Shown piece after piece: positions 36,944-45,722 of a DNA stretch of 64,000 nucleotides. The notes under the pieces are model-generated. The model did no database searches, was not told the origin of the DNA, and saw only the letters and a list, made by a program, of their open reading frames with translations. This DNA is from an uncultured Candidatus Saccharibacteria bacterium (lineage in GTDB: Bacteria > Patescibacteriota > Minisyncoccia > Phycocordibacterales > UBA12445). Location of the stretch: NCBI GenBank assembly GCA_964531375.1, contig CAZHDO010000002.1, positions 21,469-85,468 on the forward strand, written 5' to 3'. Made by a program: the position numbers and the translations under genes. Numbering within the stretch: the first letter of the stretch is position 1; every line of letters begins with the position of its first letter.

Positions 36944-37009
36944 GAGGGGTAAGTATTTAGTATTAGGTATTTGGTATTTAGTATAAAAATACACAATACA
37001 AATAAAAAA
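36944..37009. repeat. GTATTTAGTAT-family repeat element.
   Basis: TAG-gaggggtaagtatttagtattaggtatttggtatttagtataaaaatacacaatac. Confidence 0.7.
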
Positions 37010-37609
37010 ATGCCAGAAGAAAATACGCCGACATTAGACAAAGCAGACTGGTTAAGCCTTTATCTCGTGGCCATTTTTTTTGATGTTATGGGCTGGTTGA
37101 TGGCTTTTGTGGATATTTTTTTGTTAGGGTGGGGAGGGTTCTTTTTAAATCTTTCTGGGGGGGCCACTTTCTCACTTTGGTTAGCAATCTGGAAAGACAA
37201 ATTCGGTGGTTTTGGTAAAATATCAACGACGTTTATAATTGTTTTTCTTTTAGAAGCAACCCCTATTGTGGGCGATGTTTTACCACTTTGGACTGGCATG
37301 ATTTACAGGTTACAAAAAAATCACGAAAAAAACCTAATGGGTACAATAACAGGCACCATCAAAGACAAAGCAACAAAAAAGAAAGAGCAGGACGAGAGAA
37401 GAAAAAAAGAGGAGGACGAAAAAAAGAAAAAAACAGAAGAAGATGGAAGAAGGGAAGAAGAAAGAAGAGAACAACAAAGACAAAAGGAAATGGATGAGAA
37501 GAAAGCAGAAAGACTGGAAAATGGAAAAAGTAGCCAAAATGAAAAGGAGGTAGGTGAAAATAAAAATGAGGGTCTGGAAGAAGCCCAACCTGCACAACAA
37601 GTAGAATAA
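37010..37609 (+). CDS. Small polytopic membrane protein with a Lys/Glu/Arg-rich cytoplasmic tail.
   Basis: ATG at 37010 (MPEENTPTL). Three or four TM helices, then a KKEQDERRKKEEDEKKKK tail. The ORF-track start at 36971 is a TTG inside the repeat element, and I reject it. Confidence 0.4.
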   Translation: MPEENTPTLDKADWLSLYLVAIFFDVMGWLMAFVDIFLLGWGGFFLNLSGGATFSLWLAIWKDKFGGFGKISTTFIIVFLLEATPIVGDVLPLWTGMIYRLQKNHEKNLMGTITGTIKDKATKKKEQDERRKKEEDEKKKKTEEDGRREEERREQQRQKEMDEKKAERLENGKSSQNEKEVGENKNEGLEEAQPAQQVE

Positions 37610-37617
37610 ACAAAAAT

Positions 37618-38622
37618 ATGAAAAAATATCTAGCTCAAATAATTTTAATATCAACAATACTCCTACCACTTAGCGTTGGGGCCGTTGCGACAACTCCGAC
37701 CATTGGGGGTAATTTATCCATAGAGCTCGAACCAAAAAATCCAGGAAGTATGACTTTTGTAAAGGCAACAGCAGTGAGCTTCGAGGCTGAGCTAGGAAGC
37801 GCAACAATATCTTGGTATTTAAATGGAAAACTGGAAAGGGAAGGGGTTGGTCAAAATAATTTTACTTTTCAAACAGACAAACCAGGCCAAATTTCAATAA
37901 TCAAAACCGTAATAAAAACTGATAAAAAACAAATAGAAAAAACAATTTTAATAAATCCCGCTGATGTTGATATTGTTTGGGAAGCGAATACATACACAAC
38001 TCCTTTTTATAAAGGAAAGGCCCTAGCTTCTCCAAGCAGTACTATAAAAATAACAGCTATTCCAAGTATAATTTCTAACCAAGGAACTGCTCTTTCTCCA
38101 GCAAATCTAACATATAAATGGAAATATAATTACGAAAACTTATTATCTGGAATTGGAAAACAAAACGCAGAAATAAAGACTGGATCTCCTTTTACAGATA
38201 ACGTTATTTCTGTGGTTGTATCAGACAATACTGGTAGTATCGTCGCCGAAAAAACGATAAAAATCAGACCTGAAAACCCTAATATTGTTTTTTATGAAGA
38301 CAAATCAATAGAAGGAACAAACTACAACATGGCTTTAGATAATACTTATAATTTAAGTGAAAAAGAAAGCACTGTTAGAGCAGAGCCATATTTCTTTTCT
38401 TACCCGAAATCTGCAACCGAGAATAATCTGTTATTTAGTTGGGCATTAAATAGCAACGGCATTGCACCAAACGACGGCAGTCCTAAGATAATTACCCTCA
38501 GAAATGAAACTGGCAAAAATATCACATCGGAACTTTCTCTTTCAATAGAAAATACAATGCAAGTATTTCAGTCTGCAATTAACAAACTAACAATAAAAGC
38601 AACATCTGGCCTTGGTTTTTAA
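37618..38622 (+). CDS. Secreted protein with Ig-like beta-rich repeats.
   Basis: Signal peptide MKKYLAQIILISTILLPLSVGAVA. 334 aa. Confidence 0.5.
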   Translation: MKKYLAQIILISTILLPLSVGAVATTPTIGGNLSIELEPKNPGSMTFVKATAVSFEAELGSATISWYLNGKLEREGVGQNNFTFQTDKPGQISIIKTVIKTDKKQIEKTILINPADVDIVWEANTYTTPFYKGKALASPSSTIKITAIPSIISNQGTALSPANLTYKWKYNYENLLSGIGKQNAEIKTGSPFTDNVISVVVSDNTGSIVAEKTIKIRPENPNIVFYEDKSIEGTNYNMALDNTYNLSEKESTVRAEPYFFSYPKSATENNLLFSWALNSNGIAPNDGSPKIITLRNETGKNITSELSLSIENTMQVFQSAINKLTIKATSGLGF

Positions 38623-38631
38623 TCGAAAAAA

Positions 38632-39414
38632 ATGAAAAATAAAACTTTTAAAAATGTAATAAGAAAAATGTTGGCGGTTCTTTGTTTTTTTATGCCAATA
38701 ATTTCATTTGCAGCCACAACTGGCTATATACCACTGGAACCACTGCCTGGGTTAAAATCCACGGACGGAGTTGTAAGTCCTGGTGATTATATTAAGTCTG
38801 CATATTGGTATGTTCTCGGAATGACGATTGCACTTTCTGTTTTAATGATGGTTGTCGGCGGCCTACAATACACACTCACTTGGGCAGATCCCGGCCAAGC
38901 AGGGGAAGGAAAGAAAAGGATCGAAAGTGCCGTTATTGGACTAATTCTTGCCTTACTATCTTGGCTTATTCTTTATACAATTAACCCACGGTTAGTTGAT
39001 TTAAGCATGCCGACAGCAAAAGAGTGTGAAAAGGCACCAACCGCATCAACAAACACAACAGTTATACCAGTATCTGGAAACGCAAGTGGTAGTGGAGCAG
39101 TAGGTCCAACAATCGAGGCACAAAAAGAACTGGAGGCTTTAAAGAAAAAAATAAAAGAAATTCCTGATATGAATAAACCAACAGAGACATCAGGATGGGA
39201 TCCCCTTTTGCAAATTCAACCACCAACACAAAACCCTAATCCAACCACAATAACAACACCTCCAGCCCCAACACCAACTCCGACTCCAGCGCCTACTCCA
39301 ACACCAGCACAAGAAAAACCAACAACATCAACACAAGCACCCTTTACCACAAACAATGGTTGGACATTTCACGAGGTTCCGATAGAACAACCTAATAATA
39401 ATCAAGGAGATTAA
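38632..39414 (+). CDS. VirB2/TrbC-like pilin candidate with a Pro/Thr-rich C-terminal extension.
   Basis: A long signal peptide, then two hydrophobic helices (AYWYVLGMTIALSVLMMVVGG and VIGLILALLSWLILYTI) separated by a short charged loop. The tail is TTPPAPTPTPTPAPTPTP. Assignment is by topology only. Confidence 0.35.
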   Translation: MKNKTFKNVIRKMLAVLCFFMPIISFAATTGYIPLEPLPGLKSTDGVVSPGDYIKSAYWYVLGMTIALSVLMMVVGGLQYTLTWADPGQAGEGKKRIESAVIGLILALLSWLILYTINPRLVDLSMPTAKECEKAPTASTNTTVIPVSGNASGSGAVGPTIEAQKELEALKKKIKEIPDMNKPTETSGWDPLLQIQPPTQNPNPTTITTPPAPTPTPTPAPTPTPAQEKPTTSTQAPFTTNNGWTFHEVPIEQPNNNQGD

Positions 39415-39427
39415 GCATTATTTAGCA

Positions 39428-40720
39428 ATGAACAAAAATAAAATTATATTTATAATAATCGTCTCTCTGGTTGTGGTTTTGGGTATTGGGGGGACTGTTT
39501 GGTATTTAAACAATCAAATACAACCTCAAACCAATACACCGGTCACAAACCCTGTCACCACAACAGATAATGGAACTGGTGCTTTTCCTAGCTCTGACAA
39601 AATAATTCCTGTAAGCACTCCCACCAACCAACAAAACACTATCGATAACACCGCGGGAGCTGATACAGTAGAAAGGGTTCCTGGGGAAATTACAAGAAAA
39701 GCAGATGTTGGTGTTGCTGGTGTTGCTTTTATAGATAATTCTTTTAATGGCGCTGGGCCTCTTTTAAGATACATAGAAAAGGGGACAGGGCACATAAGCG
39801 ACATTTCTTATGACGAAAAAATACCTACAAAAATTTCAAACACGACAATGACTGGCGTTTTTGATACCGTTTGGAACAAAGACGCTTCTTCTTTAATAAT
39901 CAGAAGACTAGATGGCGTAGGAAATAATATTCAAACGATTTACGGTAATTTAGAAAGAGGTTTCGCTTCGACAACAATTGATGGGGAAGTGGGAAGCATT
40001 GTTGGTACAATTCTACCAAGTAGCGTAAAAGAAATAGCAGTTTCGCCGTTAAAAGATAAAATATTTTTCCTAAGTAAAAATGGAAACTCTACTATTGGTT
40101 CAATTTCAGACTTTAACAGAGTTGGGGCAAGCAACAAAAAGAATCAAATATTTTCATCTGCTTTTTCTGACTGGTCTGTGTCTTGGCCCACAACAAATTC
40201 AATATCTTTAGTCACAAAACCTGGATATAACGTAAGTGGTTATTTTTATTCTCTAGGGGTTTCAAACAATAAGCTCGAAAAGGTTATTGGGGATATTTCT
40301 GGTTTAACAACACTAATGAGCCCAAGTGGAGATAAAACAATTTATTCTGAGACAACAGGTGCTGGTTTTATGACATATTACACAAACAAAAGCACAGATT
40401 ATCCAAACATAATGCCAATAACAACACTCCCAGAAAAATGCGTTTGGAGTAAAATAAACGAAAACGTGGTTTATTGTGGCGTGCCTAAAACAACCCCACT
40501 AGCGAAATATCCTGACTCTTGGTATCAAGGAGTAACTTCATTCTCCGACAACATATACGAGATCAATTTAGACACAAATTCAGCCAGAGTAATGATCGAC
40601 GACCAAAAACTTGGAGGCATCGAGATTGACGTCACAAACCCAATCCTAAGCACAAAAGAAGACTATCTAGCCTTCATAAACAAAAAAGACAACACACCAT
40701 TTATGGTTAAGATAAGATAG
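39428..40720 (+). CDS. Membrane-anchored extracytoplasmic protein (beta-propeller-like).
   Basis: N-terminal TM segment IIFIIIVSLVVVLGIGGTVWYL, followed by a Thr/Asn/Ser-rich region. 430 aa. It is the last gene of the cluster and is followed by a large repeat element. Confidence 0.5.
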   Translation: MNKNKIIFIIIVSLVVVLGIGGTVWYLNNQIQPQTNTPVTNPVTTTDNGTGAFPSSDKIIPVSTPTNQQNTIDNTAGADTVERVPGEITRKADVGVAGVAFIDNSFNGAGPLLRYIEKGTGHISDISYDEKIPTKISNTTMTGVFDTVWNKDASSLIIRRLDGVGNNIQTIYGNLERGFASTTIDGEVGSIVGTILPSSVKEIAVSPLKDKIFFLSKNGNSTIGSISDFNRVGASNKKNQIFSSAFSDWSVSWPTTNSISLVTKPGYNVSGYFYSLGVSNNKLEKVIGDISGLTTLMSPSGDKTIYSETTGAGFMTYYTNKSTDYPNIMPITTLPEKCVWSKINENVVYCGVPKTTPLAKYPDSWYQGVTSFSDNIYEINLDTNSARVMIDDQKLGGIEIDVTNPILSTKEDYLAFINKKDNTPFMVKIR

Positions 40721-40905
40721 GAGGGGTGGTGTTTAGTATTTAGTATTATGTATATAGTATTTAGTATAAGCACTAACACAAACAATAAACCACTTTTTTA
40801 AGTAGTTGTAAGTTTAGTAGCATACTAAATACAAAATACTAGATACAATATACTTTTTGTTTTATTTATACTAAATACAAAATACAATATACATAATACC
40901 AAATA
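40721..40905. repeat. Large GTATTTAGTAT-family inverted-repeat element (between convergent genes).
   Basis: TAG-gaggggtggtgtttagtatttagtattatgtatatagtatttagtata ... atactaaatacaaaatactagatac ... atactaaatacaaaatacaatatacataataccaaatactaaatact. Confidence 0.75.
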
Positions 40906-41622
40906 CTAAATACTCTTCGCCTTTTGTTTTACGTATAACTCGTGGGCGATACCGAAGAGGTTACTTGTTATCCAGAACACAGAGACGGCTGCATTTAGTT
41001 TTGAGGCGATATAAACAATAAAAACGGGCAAGAAATACTTAACCTGCCAATTCATACTTTGTGCAAAATCATCGGCAAAAGAAGACTCTTTTCCTTGGCT
41101 CTTTGGAAGGTCAGGAACGGAGAGTTTGGTTTGAAAAAACTGTGTAATCCCAACCAAAACCGCTAAATAAAAATTGCTTGTAGCCATTTCTATAAATCCC
41201 AAAAACATAGTGTTTACTGTGGATGGAATTATATTAAATGAGAATATTACAGAAGAGGTAAGGTCTATTTTTTCGCTAAAAATATAATAAAGAGCTATAA
41301 ACATCGGCAATTGAATAAATAAAAGCAAAATAGTAGAAAATGGATTTATTCCATGTTCCTTATATAGATTCATTGTTCTGATGGCCTGCTCTTCTTGATT
41401 ATCCTTAAATTTTTCTTTTATGTTCTTTATATGTGGCTCAATTTCTTTCATTTTCTTCTGAGTCTCAAGTGATTTGTGAGAAAGGGGGAGTATTACGATC
41501 TTTGAAAATATCGTTAAAAGAACAATTGCGATACCAATATCGTTGTTTGGGACAATTGCACTCAAAAATATAATAAGATTATATAGGGGGTAATAAAAGA
41601 TGTTAAAAATAAATGAAAACAT
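40906..41622 (-). CDS. yidC: Membrane protein insertase YidC (short form).
   Basis: GIAIVLLTIFSKIVILPLS...QKKMKEIEPHIKNIKEKFKDNQEEQAIRTMNLYKEHGINPFS is the YidC/Oxa1 core. Confidence 0.8.
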   Translation of the reverse strand: MFSFIFNIFYYPLYNLIIFLSAIVPNNDIGIAIVLLTIFSKIVILPLSHKSLETQKKMKEIEPHIKNIKEKFKDNQEEQAIRTMNLYKEHGINPFSTILLLFIQLPMFIALYYIFSEKIDLTSSVIFSFNIIPSTVNTMFLGFIEMATSNFYLAVLVGITQFFQTKLSVPDLPKSQGKESSFADDFAQSMNWQVKYFLPVFIVYIASKLNAAVSVFWITSNLFGIAHELYVKQKAKSI

Positions 41623-41730
41623 AAGTTATGTATTTAGTATTAAGTATTTAGTATACAGTATTGGGTATTTAGTATACAAGAAGTATTAAGTATTATGTAT
41701 ATAGTATACAAAATACTTAATACCCAATAC
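41623..41730. repeat. GTATTTAGTAT-family inverted-repeat element between rnpA and yidC.
   Basis: gtatttagtattaagtatttagtatacagtattgggtatttagtatac ... atacttaatacccaatacctaatacttattactaaatacc. Confidence 0.75.
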
Positions 41731-42078
41731 CTAATACTTATTACTAAATACCAGAAGCCTCCTAAGCAAAAGGGTAATCTCATTCTCCAATTCTGCAAAT
41801 GACAACTTAGTAACACCCGGCTTGGCAAAAAAAGACAACGTTAAACCATCCTTAATAAGAGGCAGGTTCTTTTTTATTATATGTCGACACCTTCTTTTAA
41901 AAAGGTTCCTTTCTGTGGCTTTTTTGGCTACTTTACTAGATATAACAAAACCAAAGATACTTTTTCCTTGTCTATTGCTTAGGTATTTAACAGAAAGAAG
42001 GGGGGAAAAGGCCGATTTTCCCTTTTTTAGAAGCTCCTCGAAGTATTCTTTCTTAATTCTTCTTGTTTTATCTAACAT
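41731..42078 (-). CDS. rnpA: Ribonuclease P protein component.
   Basis: The basic RNR motif region KKATERNLFKRRCRHIIKK. Position between rpmH and yidC. Confidence 0.7.
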   Translation of the reverse strand: MLDKTRRIKKEYFEELLKKGKSAFSPLLSVKYLSNRQGKSIFGFVISSKVAKKATERNLFKRRCRHIIKKNLPLIKDGLTLSFFAKPGVTKLSFAELENEITLLLRRLLVFSNKY

Positions 42079-42197
42079 ATCTTAAGAGTATTATATTTAT
42101 GGCTCATTGCCAAACGTTTTCAGCTAAACACCCTAACTATACTTATTAAATAAAAATTACGAATTTTTGAGTTCGTAATTTTTATTTTTTTATTATT

Positions 42198-42332
42198 TTA
42201 AACTGTTAGCTTTGCTCTTCCTTTTCTTCTTCTCCTTTGAATGGTTTTTTTACCTCCAGGAGTAGCTTGTCGGACTAAAAATCCGTGTGTTTTATTCCTT
42301 TTTCCTTTTTTTGGTTTATATGTCTTTGACAT
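42198..42332 (-). CDS. rpmH: 50S ribosomal protein L34.
   Basis: A 44-aa ORF, too short to appear in the ORF track: MSLTYKPKKGKRNKTHGFLVRQATPGGKKTIQRRRRKGRAKLTV, which is canonical L34. Confidence 0.8.
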   Translation of the reverse strand: MSKTYKPKKGKRNKTHGFLVRQATPGGKKTIQRRRRKGRAKLTV

Positions 42333-42650
42333 TCCGCTACATTATCACAAGAGGCCTAAAGTGTAAAGTGTCAAAAACACAGTTAGGAAAATCTCATAAA
42401 ATAAAAGCTGGTTTATGTTTTTTCCCTTTACATTTTTATTTTAAATAGTTATCCACACCTAAACCACCTATTATATTTGAAACAGTCTAGTTTCTTTTTC
42501 AAAAGCAAAGAATATAATTATCTTATAAAAATTCAAAAAATAATTTACGTACCGAGCCACAGCATAAAAAAATAAAAAGAAACACCTATAAACAAGAAAA
42601 GATAATTTGGTCGAGAAGGATATATTATAAATTTTTATTTGATACGGTAA
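42333..42650. promoter_or_regulatory. oriC region (rpmH-dnaA intergenic) with a DnaA box.
   Basis: A perfect DnaA box TTATCCACA at 42449-42457, in the AT-rich spacer between divergent rpmH and dnaA. Confidence 0.6.
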
Positions 42651-44039
42651 ATGTCTGACAACAAAAAAATCTGGGACAGCGCTTTAGGGGAGATAGAGAT
42701 GGACGTCTCCAGAGCAAATTTTAGCACTTGGTTTAAAAATACATTTATCGCGAGAGAAGAAGATGGCAATATATATCTTTCTGTACCAAACGCTTTCGTA
42801 AAAGATTGGCTTTCAAATAAATATCACAAATTTATACTAAAGGCATTAAGAAATGTTTCCCCAAACACAAGAAATGTTGAATACATTATCCAAAAAGAAG
42901 GAACAGTTGTAAAAGAACCATACAGCAATCTAACAACTGAGCAAAAAACGACAGTAAGTCAGCTTAAACTAAACGAACCTTACGTAAATAGAGAGGATAA
43001 TCTTAATCCAAAATACATTTTTGAAAACTTCATCGTTGGACCTTTCAACGAACTAGCTTTTGCTGCCTCTCAATCGGTCATAAAGAGGCCTGGCGTGGAT
43101 TATAATCCTCTTTATATATACGGAGGAACTGGACTCGGTAAAACTCACCTTATACAAGCAATCGGCAATTCACTAAAGAAGGCTGGCGCTAGGGTTTTCT
43201 ACTTAACATCCGAAAGATACACTGTCGAACTTGTAAGCGCAATGCAAAACAATACGATTAATTCCTTTAAAGAGAAATATAAAAAATACGACACGCTTAT
43301 AATAGACGACGTTCAGTTCTTTGGAGGTAAAGACAAAACTCAAGAAGAAATCTTCCACCTCTTTAATGATTTTTACAACAACAATAAACAAATTGTTTTC
43401 TCATCAGACAAGCCACCGAAGTTCATACCAAATCTTGAAGAAAGACTTAGGTCGCGCTTCGAAGGTGGAATGACTGTGGATATCTCTAGACCAGAATATG
43501 AATCTAAGATCGCTATTCTTCAAACAAAACTAAAAGTTATGAATTATGCTTTGTCTGATGAAGCTCTTCAATTCATAGCATCTAATGTTCAAGAAAGCAT
43601 TCGAGAACTTGAAGGTGTTTTAAACTCTGTAATATGCCAGTCTCAACTTAAGAACAGAGAAATAAATATTCAAGAAATAAAAGCTCTCATAAAAAATAAT
43701 ACCAGACAGCAAAAAACAATTTCCTTTAAAGATATATTAAGAATAATTGCTGACTACTATAATATTGAGGAAAAATTCCTATACGAAAAGACCAGAAGGA
43801 GGGAAGTGGTAAAACCAAGGCAAATTGCTATGTACATCTTAAGAGAAGATCTTAATTCTTCTTATCCATATATAGGACAAAAATTCGGTGGCAGAGACCA
43901 CACCACAGTTATACACGCCTGTGAAAAAATAAAAGCTGATTTAAAGGAAAATGAAGCCTTACTACGAGAGATAGAAGAAATTAAAACCTTATTATTCGGG
44001 TCTGAAAACAAATCCCCAATTCTAGCTGGAAGTTGTTAA
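42651..44039 (+). CDS. dnaA: Chromosomal replication initiator DnaA.
   Basis: Walker A GGTGLGKTHL, box VII and sensor motifs, and the C-terminal DNA-binding domain KFGGRDHTTVIHA. Confidence 0.9.
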   Translation: MSDNKKIWDSALGEIEMDVSRANFSTWFKNTFIAREEDGNIYLSVPNAFVKDWLSNKYHKFILKALRNVSPNTRNVEYIIQKEGTVVKEPYSNLTTEQKTTVSQLKLNEPYVNREDNLNPKYIFENFIVGPFNELAFAASQSVIKRPGVDYNPLYIYGGTGLGKTHLIQAIGNSLKKAGARVFYLTSERYTVELVSAMQNNTINSFKEKYKKYDTLIIDDVQFFGGKDKTQEEIFHLFNDFYNNNKQIVFSSDKPPKFIPNLEERLRSRFEGGMTVDISRPEYESKIAILQTKLKVMNYALSDEALQFIASNVQESIRELEGVLNSVICQSQLKNREINIQEIKALIKNNTRQQKTISFKDILRIIADYYNIEEKFLYEKTRRREVVKPRQIAMYILREDLNSSYPYIGQKFGGRDHTTVIHACEKIKADLKENEALLREIEEIKTLLFGSENKSPILAGSC

Positions 44040-44270
44040 TTAACTGTGGATAAAAACAAGTTTAAGTTGTGGGTAAACCGTGGAGAAAAGAGGTGATAAA
44101 AAAGGGGTACAATTAACCACAGATGGACAGCAAAATTACAGTACGATAATCCACAGAGAAAAAAATAGATTACCTTTAAAATAAAAGATATAATTAAGTT
44201 ATACACTTATCAACAGTCCTAATAGTAATAATAAACTTTTATATATAATTATTTAAATAAATAAAATCCT
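44040..44270. promoter_or_regulatory. DnaA-box cluster (dnaA-dnaN intergenic; second half of oriC).
   Basis: TGTGGATAA at 44045-44053, TGTGGGTAA at 44068-44076, TTAACCACA at 44112-44120, TAATCCACA at 44146-44154. Confidence 0.6.
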
Positions 44271-45371
44271 ATGAAAGCAGAATGTTTAAAAAACAAACTT
44301 AAAGAAGCAGTCTTCCAAGTAGGAAAAATATCTGGTAAGAATTTATCATTACCAATTCTTGAAGCAATACTTATTGAAGCTAAAGAAAATGAAATTATTT
44401 TAAAGGCAACAAATCTAGATATCGGTTTGGAAGTTAGAATTTCTGCTAAAGTTGAGAGGGAAGGGGCTGTTGCTGTTCCAGGATATTTGATAGCTGGTTT
44501 TATACAGATGCTAGAGGGAGATACTGTCGTTAAATTAGAATCGGTTAATAATAACCTTTCTGTTTCTAGTAAGAAAAATTCTACATTAATTAAAAGTTAT
44601 CCTGCGGATGAATTTCCTTTGATTCCAAGAGTTGAAAAAGAGGAGTCGTTTTTTATTGAGGCATCTAAGATAATTAACGGTATAAAATCAGTTTCTTTTG
44701 CAGCTCTTGCTTCTGATATAAAGCCTGAGATTTCAAGTGTGTATATGTATTTTGATAATGGTTATTTATATTTTGTTTCAACAGACTCCTCTAGGCTGGC
44801 AGAAAAGAAGTTTGAGATAAACAAAGATGCTAATTTTTCTTCTTCTATAATTCCAATAAAAAATGCTAACGAGCTGGTTAGAATATTAGAAAGTACAGAA
44901 GGGGATGTGGAACTTATTTTTAATAAAAACCAGATGTCTGTAATTTCATCTTCAGTTTATTTTACATCAAGAGTTGTGGGTGGAATTTTTCCTGATTACA
45001 GACAAATAATTCCAAAAGATAAAAAAACAGAAGTCATTGTGCAAAAACAAGAGTTGGCAGATTCTATAAAAATGTCGACTATTTTTTCTGATAAATTTAA
45101 TCAAATAAATTTTAAAATAATTCCAGCAGATGGTTTTTTTGAGATAAGCTCTAGAAATCAAGACAAGGGGGAAAGTGTTACGAGAATAGATTCGACTTTA
45201 AAAGGGGAGGATATTGATATGAGTTTTAATGCTAAATTTATTTTAGATTCCATTGCTTCTGTTCAGGATAATAATATAACCATAGATTTTAATGGACACC
45301 AAAGACCAGTTATAATAAAAGGTGTTGGTGATAATTCATTTACATATCTGTTAATGCCGATGATAAAGTAG
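44271..45371 (+). CDS. dnaN: DNA polymerase III beta sliding clamp.
   Basis: 366 aa directly after dnaA. N-terminus KNKLKEAVFQVGKISGKNLSLPILEAILIEA is the beta-clamp pattern. Confidence 0.85.
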   Translation: MKAECLKNKLKEAVFQVGKISGKNLSLPILEAILIEAKENEIILKATNLDIGLEVRISAKVEREGAVAVPGYLIAGFIQMLEGDTVVKLESVNNNLSVSSKKNSTLIKSYPADEFPLIPRVEKEESFFIEASKIINGIKSVSFAALASDIKPEISSVYMYFDNGYLYFVSTDSSRLAEKKFEINKDANFSSSIIPIKNANELVRILESTEGDVELIFNKNQMSVISSSVYFTSRVVGGIFPDYRQIIPKDKKTEVIVQKQELADSIKMSTIFSDKFNQINFKIIPADGFFEISSRNQDKGESVTRIDSTLKGEDIDMSFNAKFILDSIASVQDNNITIDFNGHQRPVIIKGVGDNSFTYLLMPMIK

Positions 45372-45376
45372 TTTAT

Positions 45377-45637
45377 ATGCTTCAAATAGGAACTTTACTA
45401 GAAAGATTTAAAAGGTTTTCTAAACCAGATATTTTAGTACGCGAAAAAACTTGTCAGATAATAGAGGAAGAACTTGGTATTAAATTAGATGACAAAAAAA
45501 TATCTTTTAAAAACGGCACTATTTGTGTGAGTACTTATAATCACGTTCTTAAGAGCGAGATTTTTATAAAAAAAGGAAGGATTTTAAGAAGAATTCAAGA
45601 CTCTATGGCTGATAAGAATATTTTAGATATCAGGTAG
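45377..45637 (+). CDS. DUF721 (DciA-like) small protein.
   Basis: 86 aa directly after dnaN. ISFKNGTICVSTYNHVLKSEIFIKKGRILRRIQDSMADKNILDI fits the DUF721 pattern (L.V.V.S..W..EL.....EIL..LN). Confidence 0.4.
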   Translation: MLQIGTLLERFKRFSKPDILVREKTCQIIEEELGIKLDDKKISFKNGTICVSTYNHVLKSEIFIKKGRILRRIQDSMADKNILDIR

Positions 45638-45722
45638 AGGGGAGGAAAGTATTAAGTATTTTGTATATAGTATTTAGTATAAAAATTTCATACAAAATAC
45701 ATTATACTTAATACTAAATACT
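45638..45722. repeat. GTATTTAGTAT-family inverted-repeat element.
   Basis: TAG-aggggaggaa-agtattaagtattttgtatatagtatttagtata ... tacaaaatacattatacttaatactaaatact. Confidence 0.75.

Noticed and set aside
36971-37009. ORF-track start of the membrane protein at 36971.
   Set aside because: It would be a TTG start lying inside the intergenic repeat element, and the encoded MVFSIKIHNTNKK is repeat-derived. The ATG at 37010 is preferred.
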